A program made the translations under genes and the position numbers. From Arenicellales bacterium (GTDB taxonomy: Bacteria; Pseudomonadota; Gammaproteobacteria; Arenicellales; JAJDZL01), in the NCBI GenBank assembly GCA_965200765.1, contig OZ241380.1, positions 2,022,288 to 2,086,287 on the forward strand: a DNA stretch of 64,000 nt. The letters run 5' to 3'. Below, one piece after another: positions 8,411 through 19,519 of this stretch. Each line of letters opens with the position of its first letter. The stretch's first letter is position 1. Under the pieces are notes generated by a model. The model saw only the letters and a list, made by a program, of their open reading frames with translations. It was not told the origin of the DNA and did no database searches.

Positions 8411-9428
8411 GTGCCAGCCATGCAAATGCACATGCCTCTACCAGGTCCGGCGGAATGCCAAGTTTTGTTGTGTCATGGACCTGAACATTTGAACCTTCGC
8501 GCAGGTGTTGCATAATTGCCTGGTTCTTCGCGCCACCACCACAAACATAGATCTCATCCACTGCAGGAAGTCTTGCACCGATTTCGAACAAAATAGACTT
8601 TGCGGTAAATTTGGCAAGTGTGCTTTGAACTTCTGACTGTTTGAGTACCAGACCCAGTCTATCCAGTTGTTGTAATAGCCAGTCTATACCGAACTCACGT
8701 GTATCAAGACTTTTCGGTATTGGTCGGGAAAAGTACGGCGCACTCATCAAAATATCCAGGAGTTCTTCATTCGGTTCTGACGACAAAGCCCATTGTCCAT
8801 CAGCATCGTACCGTTGGCCCTTGTGCATGAAGGTCCAAGCATCGCATAAAACATTTCCGGGGCCAGTGTCAAACCCGATTGTGTCCTCGGATTCATTCGA
8901 AGGCAAAAAAGTAACGTTTGAAATCCCGCCGATATTGACAATTGCCCGAGCCTTGTTACGACCTCTGAATACTGCTTGGTGAAATGCAGGTGCCAGAGGC
9001 GCACCCTGCCCACCCGCCAGCATGTCTGCTTCACGAAAATTCGATACAACCGGCAACCCGGTTTGATTGGCAACAACGCTGGCATCACCCAATTGCCAAC
9101 TGAACGACGGCCGGGTTTCCGGACTGTGCAATATGGTCTGACCGTGGCAACCGACGGCATTGATTCCGAAGATTTCATTGCCAGTCATCAATTTGCGAAT
9201 GGATTGGGCATAGAGTTGACCCAGCTCGGCTTCCATTTCACGAGCAAGCTCGGATTCCCGGATGGGAGACTTCAGCAACTCTTTGAGCTTGGCCCGAGTA
9301 TTGTCTGAATAGGGGGTGTACTCGCTACCTAGTACCTGCGGCTGGTTGTTCTGATGAAATGAAACAAGGACAGAATCAATGCCATCCATGCTTGACCCGG
9401 ACATCAGGCCGATATAGCAGGACTCCAT
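8322..9428 (-). CDS. anmK: Anhydro-N-acetylmuramic acid kinase
   Basis: IGLMSGSSMDGID, GCHGQT, GGQGAPL, NIGGISN, GFDTGPGN, CGGGAKN. Confidence 0.96.
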   Translation of the reverse strand: MESCYIGLMSGSSMDGIDSVLVSFHQNNQPQVLGSEYTPYSDNTRAKLKELLKSPIRESELAREMEAELGQLYAQSIRKLMTGNEIFGINAVGCHGQTILHSPETRPSFSWQLGDASVVANQTGLPVVSNFREADMLAGGQGAPLAPAFHQAVFRGRNKARAIVNIGGISNVTFLPSNESEDTIGFDTGPGNVLCDAWTFMHKGQRYDADGQWALSSEPNEELLDILMSAPYFSRPIPKSLDTREFGIDWLLQQLDRLGLVLKQSEVQSTLAKFTAKSILFEIGARLPAVDEIYVCGGGAKNQAIMQHLREGSNVQVHDTTKLGIPPDLVEACAFAWLAQRRIQNLPGNIPSVTGARSKVVLGEITYP

Positions 9429-9451
9429 AGAGACGAATGATTCAGTTGCGG

Positions 9452-11119
9452 CTACTCGGCCGACTTCAATTTCTCCTTGACTTCGGGAGGCGTATACGCA
9501 AGTTTCGGTTGTTCAATCAGATCAAGCATTTTCGAATGATCAGCAACTTGCTGTTCAAATTGCTCTTTGTACTGTTCCGGAATTGGCTTGCCGTTGGGCA
9601 ATGGATAGTTTACCGGGTCGCGATGCTTGCCATTCACGCGGAATTCGTAGTGCAAATGCGGTCCTGTCGACACACCGGTTGATCCGACGTAACCGATGGT
9701 CTGCCCTTGCTCGACTACCTTGCCTACATGAAATTTCTTTGCAAACCGGCTCAAATGAGCATAATAGGTTTCATACTTGCTACCATGCCGGATAACAATC
9801 GTCTTGCCGAATCCGCCTTTCCAACCCATGAACGCAACAATCCCCGCTGCTGTAGAGCGGATTGGGGTTCCTGTTTTCGCTCCGTAATCCACACCTCTGT
9901 GCGGCATCCATTTCTTGTAAATCGGATGAAATCTGCTTTTGCTGAAAACCGATGTAATTCTGGCAAACTCTAGCGGTGCGCGCAAGAAATGTCCACGCAT
10001 GTTTTCGCCATGCTGGTCGTAATATATTGTTCTTCCATAGTTGTCCACATGACGATGCGCATCAAGCACTCCCTTTGCATTTTGATATCTCGCGACAATG
10101 ATGATCGGATCTCCTACACTTGTACCATCAATGTATCCCTGCTTGTAAACAACGCAAAATTCATCGTTCTTTCGTGCTTGTCTGACAAAGTCAATTCTGG
10201 ACGAGAACAGGTCAACAAATGCGAACAGCACCGGCTCCGGGATGCCCGTTTCATAGCCGCTGGTGAACAGGTTGTACTTGACGGTTCCACAAGCACTGTG
10301 GGTTTGATATTCAGGTTGAAGAGTCTTTTGACTGAAATAGTATTGTTCGTCTACACGAAATACCGAGGAGATTTCAAGCGGGCCGGTTTGCAGTTCAACC
10401 TTGGCGAATGATCCGTCCCGATAGGTAGCGATTCTGAGTTCATCCCCGACTTTTAGATTTCGAAACCATTTTTGCTTGGGTGTATTTGCAACTCTGAATG
10501 CATCGATTGCCGGCAAGCCCAGGCGTTGAAATATTCCTGTCAATGAGTCACCCGGTGTCACGTCGCTACTTTTCCAGATCAGCTGGGCTTCGTCTATTTC
10601 TGGCAATGGGTCTTGCTTGTTCTTCGGCTGTATGGAAGGATGTGTCTGTTTCAGAATTGCGCTGAGGGAACCTGCTTCTTCCGCGACAGATGATTCCAGT
10701 AGCATCATTTCGTCGTCCAGATACAAGTACATCAGTACTAGCTTGCTTCTGCGATAGTACTCCATGCCCAGCAAATCGCCGCGGGAATTTCTGGCGACAC
10801 GCAGTTCGTCATTCGGGTGTATCACCTTCAAGTACTTCTTCGCCTTCGGGAATTTGATCATCTCCTTGACCAAATCCATGTCGAGATCGATGCGCTTGAA
10901 AATTCTGCTGAGCGAGTCGCCGGAGTGAACAATTTCGAAAGTCCAGCGGACTTCAGGCAAGATACTTGCCGAGCTACGTCCGGTCAACTCTTCCTGCAAC
11001 GCGGCATCGGTAACAAGAGATGAATTTGCAATGGGCGACACGATGGGCAACACGAACGCAAGCAAAATTGCCATTCGTTTGCCAAATCGATTGATCGTCA
11101 AGTTTTTCTTCACATTCAC
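9452..11119 (-). CDS. M23 family peptidoglycan DD-endopeptidase (OapA/LysM-like N-terminal domains)
   Basis: HRGVDYGA, YYAHL and TGPHLHYEF zinc motifs; upstream of anmK. Confidence 0.92.
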   Translation of the reverse strand: MNVKKNLTINRFGKRMAILLAFVLPIVSPIANSSLVTDAALQEELTGRSSASILPEVRWTFEIVHSGDSLSRIFKRIDLDMDLVKEMIKFPKAKKYLKVIHPNDELRVARNSRGDLLGMEYYRRSKLVLMYLYLDDEMMLLESSVAEEAGSLSAILKQTHPSIQPKNKQDPLPEIDEAQLIWKSSDVTPGDSLTGIFQRLGLPAIDAFRVANTPKQKWFRNLKVGDELRIATYRDGSFAKVELQTGPLEISSVFRVDEQYYFSQKTLQPEYQTHSACGTVKYNLFTSGYETGIPEPVLFAFVDLFSSRIDFVRQARKNDEFCVVYKQGYIDGTSVGDPIIIVARYQNAKGVLDAHRHVDNYGRTIYYDQHGENMRGHFLRAPLEFARITSVFSKSRFHPIYKKWMPHRGVDYGAKTGTPIRSTAAGIVAFMGWKGGFGKTIVIRHGSKYETYYAHLSRFAKKFHVGKVVEQGQTIGYVGSTGVSTGPHLHYEFRVNGKHRDPVNYPLPNGKPIPEQYKEQFEQQVADHSKMLDLIEQPKLAYTPPEVKEKLKSAE

Positions 11120-11810
11120 AGTTGAAAATACCCTCGCCTAGCGTTGAATAAATCGTAGTCGAAAATCAATCGTCCAGTCTGTTGTGTTAGCCGTATATAC
11201 TCAATATACAAATTGAAAACCAAAAGAAAGCCAAATTATACTTGAAATCTGCCTGAATTTCCAAACTTTATCCGCTGTCTTTGAGAAAGACGCGTATTGA
11301 AACGCCATTGCCATGATGGTAGTCACCAAGATCATACTTGGTCCAATACGGCAAGGACCACCGTTCAACCAGGCATGAATTTTGCCCTCTTGTTCTCAAC
11401 TCTGCTGAACTTCTCGACGAAGAATCAACCTGGAATTCGTGTTTTGGTATACAAGAAAAATACTATTCACCTCCCCTTCATCGACTGACTTGATGTCATG
11501 AATCTGCAATGCACAGAAAATTGGCAGTGCCCACAAAGTGAAATGCACAGGATTCAGGACAGACTCTGTAACGCGATACCAGATTAGGCGCACCAACCCT
11601 TGTGCGGTTCGCTACCAAGTCAGGACTGCTCGGTCCAACAGTGCTTCTTGGCAAAAACAACACAAAAATTGGCAAATTTACCGTTTACAGGGGAAATTCA
11701 AGTCTTGTACCCTTGATATTGACAGGTTTAGGCATTGCAACCTTAAATTTGTTACTATAATGTTAAACTGATGTATTCATTTTCACTAACGAGAATTTGT
11801 ATTTTCTCTG

Positions 11811-14291
11811 ATGTACAACAATTTCTTTACACAAGCGCTGGGCGAAAGCAAAACACCGTTTGCTTACCAAGTCGCACTCGCCGAAAAAGAATGGCCTGAT
11901 GCGTTGGTTGCACCCACCGGATTTGGTAAAACCGCTGCAGTCATTCTCGGATGGGCATGGAAGAATGCATCCAGGCAGAAAGTCCCCAGACGACTGATTT
12001 ATTGTTTACCAATGCGTACACTTGTTGACCAGACAGAGCAAAACGCAAAAATTTGGATAGAGCAGCTATGTAAAGCAAATAAGAGTTGGAGATCAAACTT
12101 GCCTGACCCCGACAAAGACATACATGTACTTATGGGCGGTTCGACTGATTCAAAATGGTATGAAAGGCCAGAACGTAAAGCAATTCTCATTGGAACCCAA
12201 GACATGCTGTTGAGCCGTGCTTTGATGCGCGGCTACGCGATGAGTCGATATCGATGGCCAGTTGACTTTGCGTTGCTTCACAACGATACACAATGGGTTT
12301 TCGACGAGGTGCAACTGATGGGGTCAGGGCTTGCCACCTCAGCTCAATTGGAGGGATTTCGCAATAAATGGGGAAACTGCCTTCCTTCTGGAAGTTTGTG
12401 GATCTCGGCAACCCTGGAACCAAGTTGGCTTCACACCTTTGATTTCCAGCGAAAACCTGAAGTCTGGCAATGCCCCGAACAGTTTTCCGAAGACAAAAAG
12501 TCAGCTCGAGTTCGTAAGTTACTCAATGCCCCCAAACCATTGGAAAAATCAGAAATTGCACCTGTAAGTGCCAATAAATCTGACTTGCTTGCTTATGTGA
12601 AGGCCATAGCAAATGAAGCAATTTCGCTCCATAGAGCGAATCAGATGACTCTGGTAATAGTCAATACAGTTGAACGGGCACAAGGAGTTTACAACGAATT
12701 GGTGAAGTGCCATAAAGGTGAAGAACATCATTTGGCACTGATTCACTCTCGATTTCGCCCCGCCGATCGTAGATTGCAAATGGAAAAATTGCCACAACCG
12801 GGACAACAGAAAAATCTGATTGTGGTCTCAACGCAGGCTATTGAGGCAGGGATTGACATGTCGGCATCTGTATTGCTGACAGAAGTGGCACCAATATCAT
12901 CTTTGGTGCAACGTTTTGGACGAGTCAATCGCTACGGGGAATTGAATTCAAAAGGTGGTGGGTTGATTCGCTGGATTGATCTTGTAGGTGCCGCCGAGGA
13001 CAATATAGGGAAAGAAAAACTGTCCGCACCTTACACACTTGAAGAAGTTGAGAGAGGCGGGGAATATATTGGGTCCAAAAATGATGCGTGTCCGTCGCAA
13101 CTTCATCAACCATTATCAACCGATCATTCACATCAATCGGTGATTCGCTCCAAAGACATGCTCGACTTATTTGACACCGATCCGGATTTAACCGGCTTCG
13201 ATGTCGATGTCTCCCCGTTCATTCGTGAAAGTATGGACACTGACATTAGAGTGTTCTGGCGCGATCTGGATTCCAAAGACAAACAAGAAAACCCGGAACC
13301 ACTTCCAACCAGAGAGGAGTTGTGTACGATACCGATCGGACGAGCAAAATCTTGGCTGAACAATGTAAAAAGAAAAGACAAGGACTCTGTATTTCAATTG
13401 AATCCAAGAGCAGGGTCAGCAACCGATACATCGCCTTGGACCCGACTAACAGAAGAACCGTGGCCAGGTATGGTCCTGATGATCAAAAGTTCAGTCGGTG
13501 GATATTCCTCTACAACAGGATTTGATCCGCAACAAAATAAATCAGTCGAATCAATTGAAATCAGTGCAAAAATAAATTCAGCAGTTGATGAACTTTACCA
13601 TTCTGATTCGGATTCTAGAAAGTCTGTGTTCGTCAGCCTTGAAGATCATTTGCAACATGTTGCAAATGAGGCAGAACTTCTGTGCGACGAACTCGAAATT
13701 GTTAATGGTTTTCGCAATCAGATCATTCAGGCATCAGCTTGGCATGATCTGGGCAAGGCACACAAAGAATTTCAATCGCGAATGAAATCAACAAACGAAG
13801 CAGAACATCCGCGCCCCGATAAAATTCTTGCCAAAGCACTCGCATACGCTCCCGATAAAAACAGTAGCCAAAAATACTTCAGACACGAACTTGCATCTGC
13901 ACTGGCCTACTTGTCTCACCACAATTGGACTCGAGAGGCAGATCTCATTGCTTATTTGATAGCGGCGCATCACGGCAAAGTACGTATGAACATTCAGTCA
14001 CTGCCGTCTGAACGATCAACCCAGAGTAGAATCGCTCGCGGTGTGATTGAAGGCGATGAACTGCCTGCATTTGATCTGCCATCAGGGGAATCTTGGAAAC
14101 GGGACAAACTTACTCTGACAATCATGGAGTTGGGAGAACATCCTGAAACTGGCGCAAGTTGGACTGAGCGTACTCAAAAACTACTTGGTGACTATGGGCC
14201 CTTTCAACTCGCGTGGCTCGAAGCGTTAGTACGAATATCTGACTGGCGAGCATCAAAAAAGGAAGAGACTGGAGAATATGAAACAAAATAG
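11811..14291 (+). CDS. cas3: Type I-G (I-U) CRISPR helicase-nuclease Cas3 with C-terminal HD domain
   Basis: APTGFGKT, YCLPMRTL, DEVQ, SATL, HSRF, STQAIEAG, QRFGRVNR; C-terminal WHDLGK and AAHHG. Confidence 0.95.
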   Translation: MYNNFFTQALGESKTPFAYQVALAEKEWPDALVAPTGFGKTAAVILGWAWKNASRQKVPRRLIYCLPMRTLVDQTEQNAKIWIEQLCKANKSWRSNLPDPDKDIHVLMGGSTDSKWYERPERKAILIGTQDMLLSRALMRGYAMSRYRWPVDFALLHNDTQWVFDEVQLMGSGLATSAQLEGFRNKWGNCLPSGSLWISATLEPSWLHTFDFQRKPEVWQCPEQFSEDKKSARVRKLLNAPKPLEKSEIAPVSANKSDLLAYVKAIANEAISLHRANQMTLVIVNTVERAQGVYNELVKCHKGEEHHLALIHSRFRPADRRLQMEKLPQPGQQKNLIVVSTQAIEAGIDMSASVLLTEVAPISSLVQRFGRVNRYGELNSKGGGLIRWIDLVGAAEDNIGKEKLSAPYTLEEVERGGEYIGSKNDACPSQLHQPLSTDHSHQSVIRSKDMLDLFDTDPDLTGFDVDVSPFIRESMDTDIRVFWRDLDSKDKQENPEPLPTREELCTIPIGRAKSWLNNVKRKDKDSVFQLNPRAGSATDTSPWTRLTEEPWPGMVLMIKSSVGGYSSTTGFDPQQNKSVESIEISAKINSAVDELYHSDSDSRKSVFVSLEDHLQHVANEAELLCDELEIVNGFRNQIIQASAWHDLGKAHKEFQSRMKSTNEAEHPRPDKILAKALAYAPDKNSSQKYFRHELASALAYLSHHNWTREADLIAYLIAAHHGKVRMNIQSLPSERSTQSRIARGVIEGDELPAFDLPSGESWKRDKLTLTIMELGEHPETGASWTERTQKLLGDYGPFQLAWLEALVRISDWRASKKEETGEYETK

Positions 14292-16560
14292 TATCCGCAC
14301 GGGTTGTTCATCCAAACCCCTCTTAAGCTATTTGAAAGCCTTGGGTATCTTGCGCCTTGTTTCAAATCCAGAAAACAATGTTAACGAGGTTGCGGCTGAT
14401 AGTCACATCCGAGGTTGGTGGGTTAACCAGCAATTTCATATTAATACTAGTCTCAATAGCGAAGAATTAGTTGAATTTTTTCTCTACAACTATTCTCCAA
14501 GTGCGGTAACTACCCCGTGGAACGGAGGGAGTGGTTTCTACAAAAAAGACAATAAAGAAGCAGTCAGTTCACTCCTGGCTCCATCAATTTCCCCTCGCTT
14601 CAGAACTCTGGCAACTGCTATTGAACAGGCAAATGCTGTGGTAAAGCGACTAGGTTTAGAAGAAGCGCCCAAAAATGGAGGCAAACGTGCGCTCATTGCA
14701 GAGCTTCGCAATACTTTTCCTGATTTCGTACTCGAATGGCTAGACGCTTCACTTGTACTTTCAGGAGACACCCTAAAATTTCCTCAAATTCTCGGAACAG
14801 GAGGCAATGATGGGCGATTGGATTTTACGATTAATTTTCATCAAAGACTCTTGTCAAATGAAAATTCAAATAAATTAAAGGGGCTATTTGATGTTACTAC
14901 CGGCTTGCCGACGAGCGAGGCGAATCGTTTGTTGCGAAACAGCCTTTTCGATGACTGCACCCACGGGTTTCACTCTGTTGCAGTCGGCCAATTTGACCCA
15001 GGTGCGGTCGGTGGTCCCAATGCTATTAGTGAAAGTTTTGATGCGGCTCCCAAGGTTAACCCATGGGACTATGTGTTATCTATTGAAGGAGCAATTATGT
15101 TTGCAGGTGCAGCGACTCGTCGTCATCAAGCTTCAAAAATCTCAGGGGCTAGTTTTCCATTTACTGTACGAATGACTGGTGCTGGTAGTGGCAATGTATC
15201 AAGTTCAGATGAAATTAATGCGCGTGCAGAATTTTGGGCACCGCTTTGGAACCAACCATCTAGTTATAGTGAACTTCGAGGATTGCTTAAAGAGGGTCGT
15301 GCCGTTCTGCAGGAAAAAATTGCTAGTGACGGACTGGATTTCGCTCGCGCCGTGGCAAGTCTTGGAATTAATCGTGGAATTGAGAGTTTTCAAAGATATG
15401 GCTTTGTGATGCTATCAGGGAAAGCTTACTTGGCAACTCCGATCGGTGTTCGAAAAGTTTCATCACCTAGTGCAAATTCAGCAAGTTTAATCGACGACCT
15501 TGATACTGGAGATTGGTTAAATCGTGTGAGTAAACTTGCCAAGGGTGAAAACTCTTCATCTCGCGGAGCGGTGTCCTTTCAGCGTTTGGAAAATGCACTT
15601 TTTGCAATGTCTGAAAAAACCAATTTCTCCCCGCAACCTGTGCAACTTGCGCTTGAAGCGTTAGGTGAGTTAGTAGAATGGCTACAGTATAACAAAGAGG
15701 TTGTTGAAAATAAACAGATGCCGCCGCCGCCTCCACGCTTGTCCAGAGCTTGGCAAAGAATTTGTGACGACAACACACCTGAATTTCGAATTGCAAGTGC
15801 ACTCGCAAGCTTGGGCTGGCAAACACCCAAATCCCGGGAAGCGTCCACTGAAGGTGAACTTCCATCAACAAAGCGTTCAATTCCCATGGCTGCACATGTT
15901 GCACCAGTAGAAATAGGGTCAATTTTCAGGAGATATCGTAGTTGGGATACACAATCTCGATGCTTTCTTAACGTATGGCGTGGAAGTGACCTGGAGTCAA
16001 TTTTAATCAGTGTATTAAATCGCAGACTCGTCGAACAGTCTATAGACAAATCTGAAGTGAAACAGCTGTATGGCTTATCCAAAGTACGGTTATCTGATAT
16101 TGAAGCATTTTTCTCACCAACCTTTGATGATGCACGATGTTTACGTTTACTTGCAGGGCTCGTTTGGACTGAACCAGCAAAGATTTTCAATAAACAAAAA
16201 TTGGATTCTCACAGTAAAGTTGTACCATTTTCTTACGCAGTATTGAAATTGCTGTTCTCTCCAACCGATACTATTCAATATTGCAAGCAAGCAAATCTGC
16301 TACCACCAGATTGCGAAATTCCGATACCAGCAAAGATTATCCCTCGTTTAAGGAGTGGATATATTGATGAGACCATTGAAACAGCACTTCAAAGACTTCG
16401 TGCATCTAATGTACCTACACCATTTCACTCATCAAGAGTTAAACATATAGGTGTCACCGGAAGACGCTTGGCAGCTTCGCTACTAATTCCACTGAATAAC
16501 TTTGAGTCAAAAATATTGCTTCAAAGGGTTTGTGATGTGGAAGAGATACAGAATATTTAG
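14278..16560 (+). CDS. csx17: Type I-G large subunit Cas8g (Csx17)
   Basis: LLSYLKALG, TPWNGGSGFY, LGTGGNDGRLDF, NPWDYVLSIEGA; directly after cas3. Confidence 0.9.
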   Translation: MKQNSIRTGCSSKPLLSYLKALGILRLVSNPENNVNEVAADSHIRGWWVNQQFHINTSLNSEELVEFFLYNYSPSAVTTPWNGGSGFYKKDNKEAVSSLLAPSISPRFRTLATAIEQANAVVKRLGLEEAPKNGGKRALIAELRNTFPDFVLEWLDASLVLSGDTLKFPQILGTGGNDGRLDFTINFHQRLLSNENSNKLKGLFDVTTGLPTSEANRLLRNSLFDDCTHGFHSVAVGQFDPGAVGGPNAISESFDAAPKVNPWDYVLSIEGAIMFAGAATRRHQASKISGASFPFTVRMTGAGSGNVSSSDEINARAEFWAPLWNQPSSYSELRGLLKEGRAVLQEKIASDGLDFARAVASLGINRGIESFQRYGFVMLSGKAYLATPIGVRKVSSPSANSASLIDDLDTGDWLNRVSKLAKGENSSSRGAVSFQRLENALFAMSEKTNFSPQPVQLALEALGELVEWLQYNKEVVENKQMPPPPPRLSRAWQRICDDNTPEFRIASALASLGWQTPKSREASTEGELPSTKRSIPMAAHVAPVEIGSIFRRYRSWDTQSRCFLNVWRGSDLESILISVLNRRLVEQSIDKSEVKQLYGLSKVRLSDIEAFFSPTFDDARCLRLLAGLVWTEPAKIFNKQKLDSHSKVVPFSYAVLKLLFSPTDTIQYCKQANLLPPDCEIPIPAKIIPRLRSGYIDETIETALQRLRASNVPTPFHSSRVKHIGVTGRRLAASLLIPLNNFESKILLQRVCDVEEIQNI

Positions 16561-16589
16561 TTTAATTGTTTCCATTATCCATGGAATAA

Positions 16590-17564
<975 letters not shown>

Positions 17565-17572
17565 ATTTTGCT

Positions 17573-19228
17573 ATGTTTGCTCTGATTTTTAACTTTCACA
17601 CCAGACATTATCACGCAACAAACTGGGGGCAGCATGTCAATGAAGCACTCGTTGCTTGGCCCCCTGAACCATGGAGAATTTTGCGAGCACTCATATCAAG
17701 TTATTGGTGCAAGGGAGGATGTCAGGACTGGTCGGTCGAACAACTTGCTGATTTCGTTGATACTCTTGCAGAGAAGCCACCTCTTTTTTCTTTGCCTAGT
17801 GATCCGATTCATACATCTACACAGCATTACATGCCAGTGGACAAAAATAGAAAATCGCTTATTTTTGATGCCTTTGCTTGTCTTCCCAAAGATGCCCAAA
17901 TTGTTGTTGCGTGGCCTGATGTAAATCTTGATAGTGACACACTAGCTTTGGCAAGTAACCTGGCAACGGGAATTGGCTATCTGGGAAGAGCTGAGAGTTG
18001 GGCGACTTGCGAAGTCTCCTGCGAGTGGGATTTGAAAAATGCCAATTGCACACCAATTGAAAATACAACTCACATAGAAGATGATGAAAATATTGTAAGT
18101 GTAATTGCTCCGAGGTCGCCAAGCAGTTATGACCTTGAAAGAAAAAAATTGATTGAAAATCTCGATTCACAATTAGTACAAGAGTATGAGATGAGTGGGA
18201 AAAAGGCACCGTCAGCTACTGTATTGAATAACAAACGAAAATCTTATTTTGGAGAAACATTACCAAAACGAATAGTCCATGCACTTTCTGTTGACACATC
18301 TTCATACAAAAAGTATGGATGGAGTTATCCCCCAGCTGCACGAAAGGTTTTATACAATCGGCCAGCTTTGTCATCAGTTCCACGAAAAAGTAATATCCCT
18401 ACTTACGACATTTCGGGAAACAAGCATAACTATTCAGTGGCCAGATTTGCACTTGTAGGGCGACCACAACCAAGAATTGAGGATGCAATCAAGATTGGAG
18501 AACTGATGAGATTAGCTACTCTTTCGAAATTTGGATGGCATGAAGACTCGCAAACGAAAAAGCGATCTCCAAAAGCACCGTCTGAGATCTCAGGACGAGG
18601 CGCTGATGGTAAACCACTACAAAATGCAAGCCATACTCATGCTTTCTGGCTTTCGGAAGATTCGGATGATGACGGTTGTATTGATCATATCTCTGTGTAT
18701 GTAGCATCTGGTCTTAGTCCACTGATTCGGATGAAATTGAACCAACTAACAAGATTATGGCTACACAAGGGGGATATTGGTAGTTCGAAGGAAGAGATTG
18801 AGGATAGTGGACACCAAGAATGGCGACTAGCACTTGAAGGATTTGGAGAACCAAAAGACTTTGAAGATATATCCAATATATTTGGCTATGATCGATTCTG
18901 GATAAGTACGACACCATTCTTGGCCACAGGGCATCTGAAAAGAAATTCTGGGTATGAAAAAGAAGTTCGTCGACATCTGAAACTCCGTTCTATTGTTCCA
19001 AATAATCAAGCAGATGAAGTATCCGTAGAGATTCTGAAGTCTATTAATGTCCACGGCACTCAGCGTAATTCATTGCATTTTCATCGCTTTAGGTCCAGAG
19101 GACGAGAAAAACAGCTTGATACTCATGGTGCGTTATTACGATTAGAGTTTCCCGTACCGATACGAGGGCCATTAGCAATCGGGTATGGTTGTCACTTCGG
19201 GCTTGGACTTTTCGTACCTGACAAGTAA
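17573..19228 (+). CDS. csb2: Type I-G Cas5/Cas6 fusion (Csb2)
   Basis: WPPEPWRILRALI, YLGRAESW; C-terminal Cas6 glycine loop GPLAIGYGCHFGLGLF. Confidence 0.92.
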   Translation: MFALIFNFHTRHYHATNWGQHVNEALVAWPPEPWRILRALISSYWCKGGCQDWSVEQLADFVDTLAEKPPLFSLPSDPIHTSTQHYMPVDKNRKSLIFDAFACLPKDAQIVVAWPDVNLDSDTLALASNLATGIGYLGRAESWATCEVSCEWDLKNANCTPIENTTHIEDDENIVSVIAPRSPSSYDLERKKLIENLDSQLVQEYEMSGKKAPSATVLNNKRKSYFGETLPKRIVHALSVDTSSYKKYGWSYPPAARKVLYNRPALSSVPRKSNIPTYDISGNKHNYSVARFALVGRPQPRIEDAIKIGELMRLATLSKFGWHEDSQTKKRSPKAPSEISGRGADGKPLQNASHTHAFWLSEDSDDDGCIDHISVYVASGLSPLIRMKLNQLTRLWLHKGDIGSSKEEIEDSGHQEWRLALEGFGEPKDFEDISNIFGYDRFWISTTPFLATGHLKRNSGYEKEVRRHLKLRSIVPNNQADEVSVEILKSINVHGTQRNSLHFHRFRSRGREKQLDTHGALLRLEFPVPIRGPLAIGYGCHFGLGLFVPDK

Positions 19229-19519
19229 AGGCTATTTGTCTGAATTTAGTTTTCTGTTCAGTGTGAGCAGCGAGATTTTTGAATCGATTCGTATATGCTC
19301 AAGCACCAAGTCGACGGGTGCTCGCAACAGGTAGCTGACCTTTCCATTGCTTGCGGTTGGACAACTAGGCGATCTTATCTTTCCACTCTGCGCTTGGCAT
19401 AAGCCATCCATAATTTCACGATGCTGAGATTTGTAAATATGAAGAAAATTTAATGTTGTTGCAACATTATTTTTATAGTATTATTTTGTGATGATGAATT
19501 CACAACAACCGCGGAGCCA

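Noticed and set aside
11200-11810. sRNA, anti-CRISPR or regulator gene upstream of cas3
   Set aside because: Only short unrecognisable ORFs and non-canonically spaced promoter-like hexamers.
16570-16586. TTCCAT-N5-ATGGAA dyad between csx17 and csb1 resembling the ends of the 40-bp array dyad
   Set aside because: A short AT-rich palindrome; similarity is limited to CCAT/ATGG and is likely coincidental.
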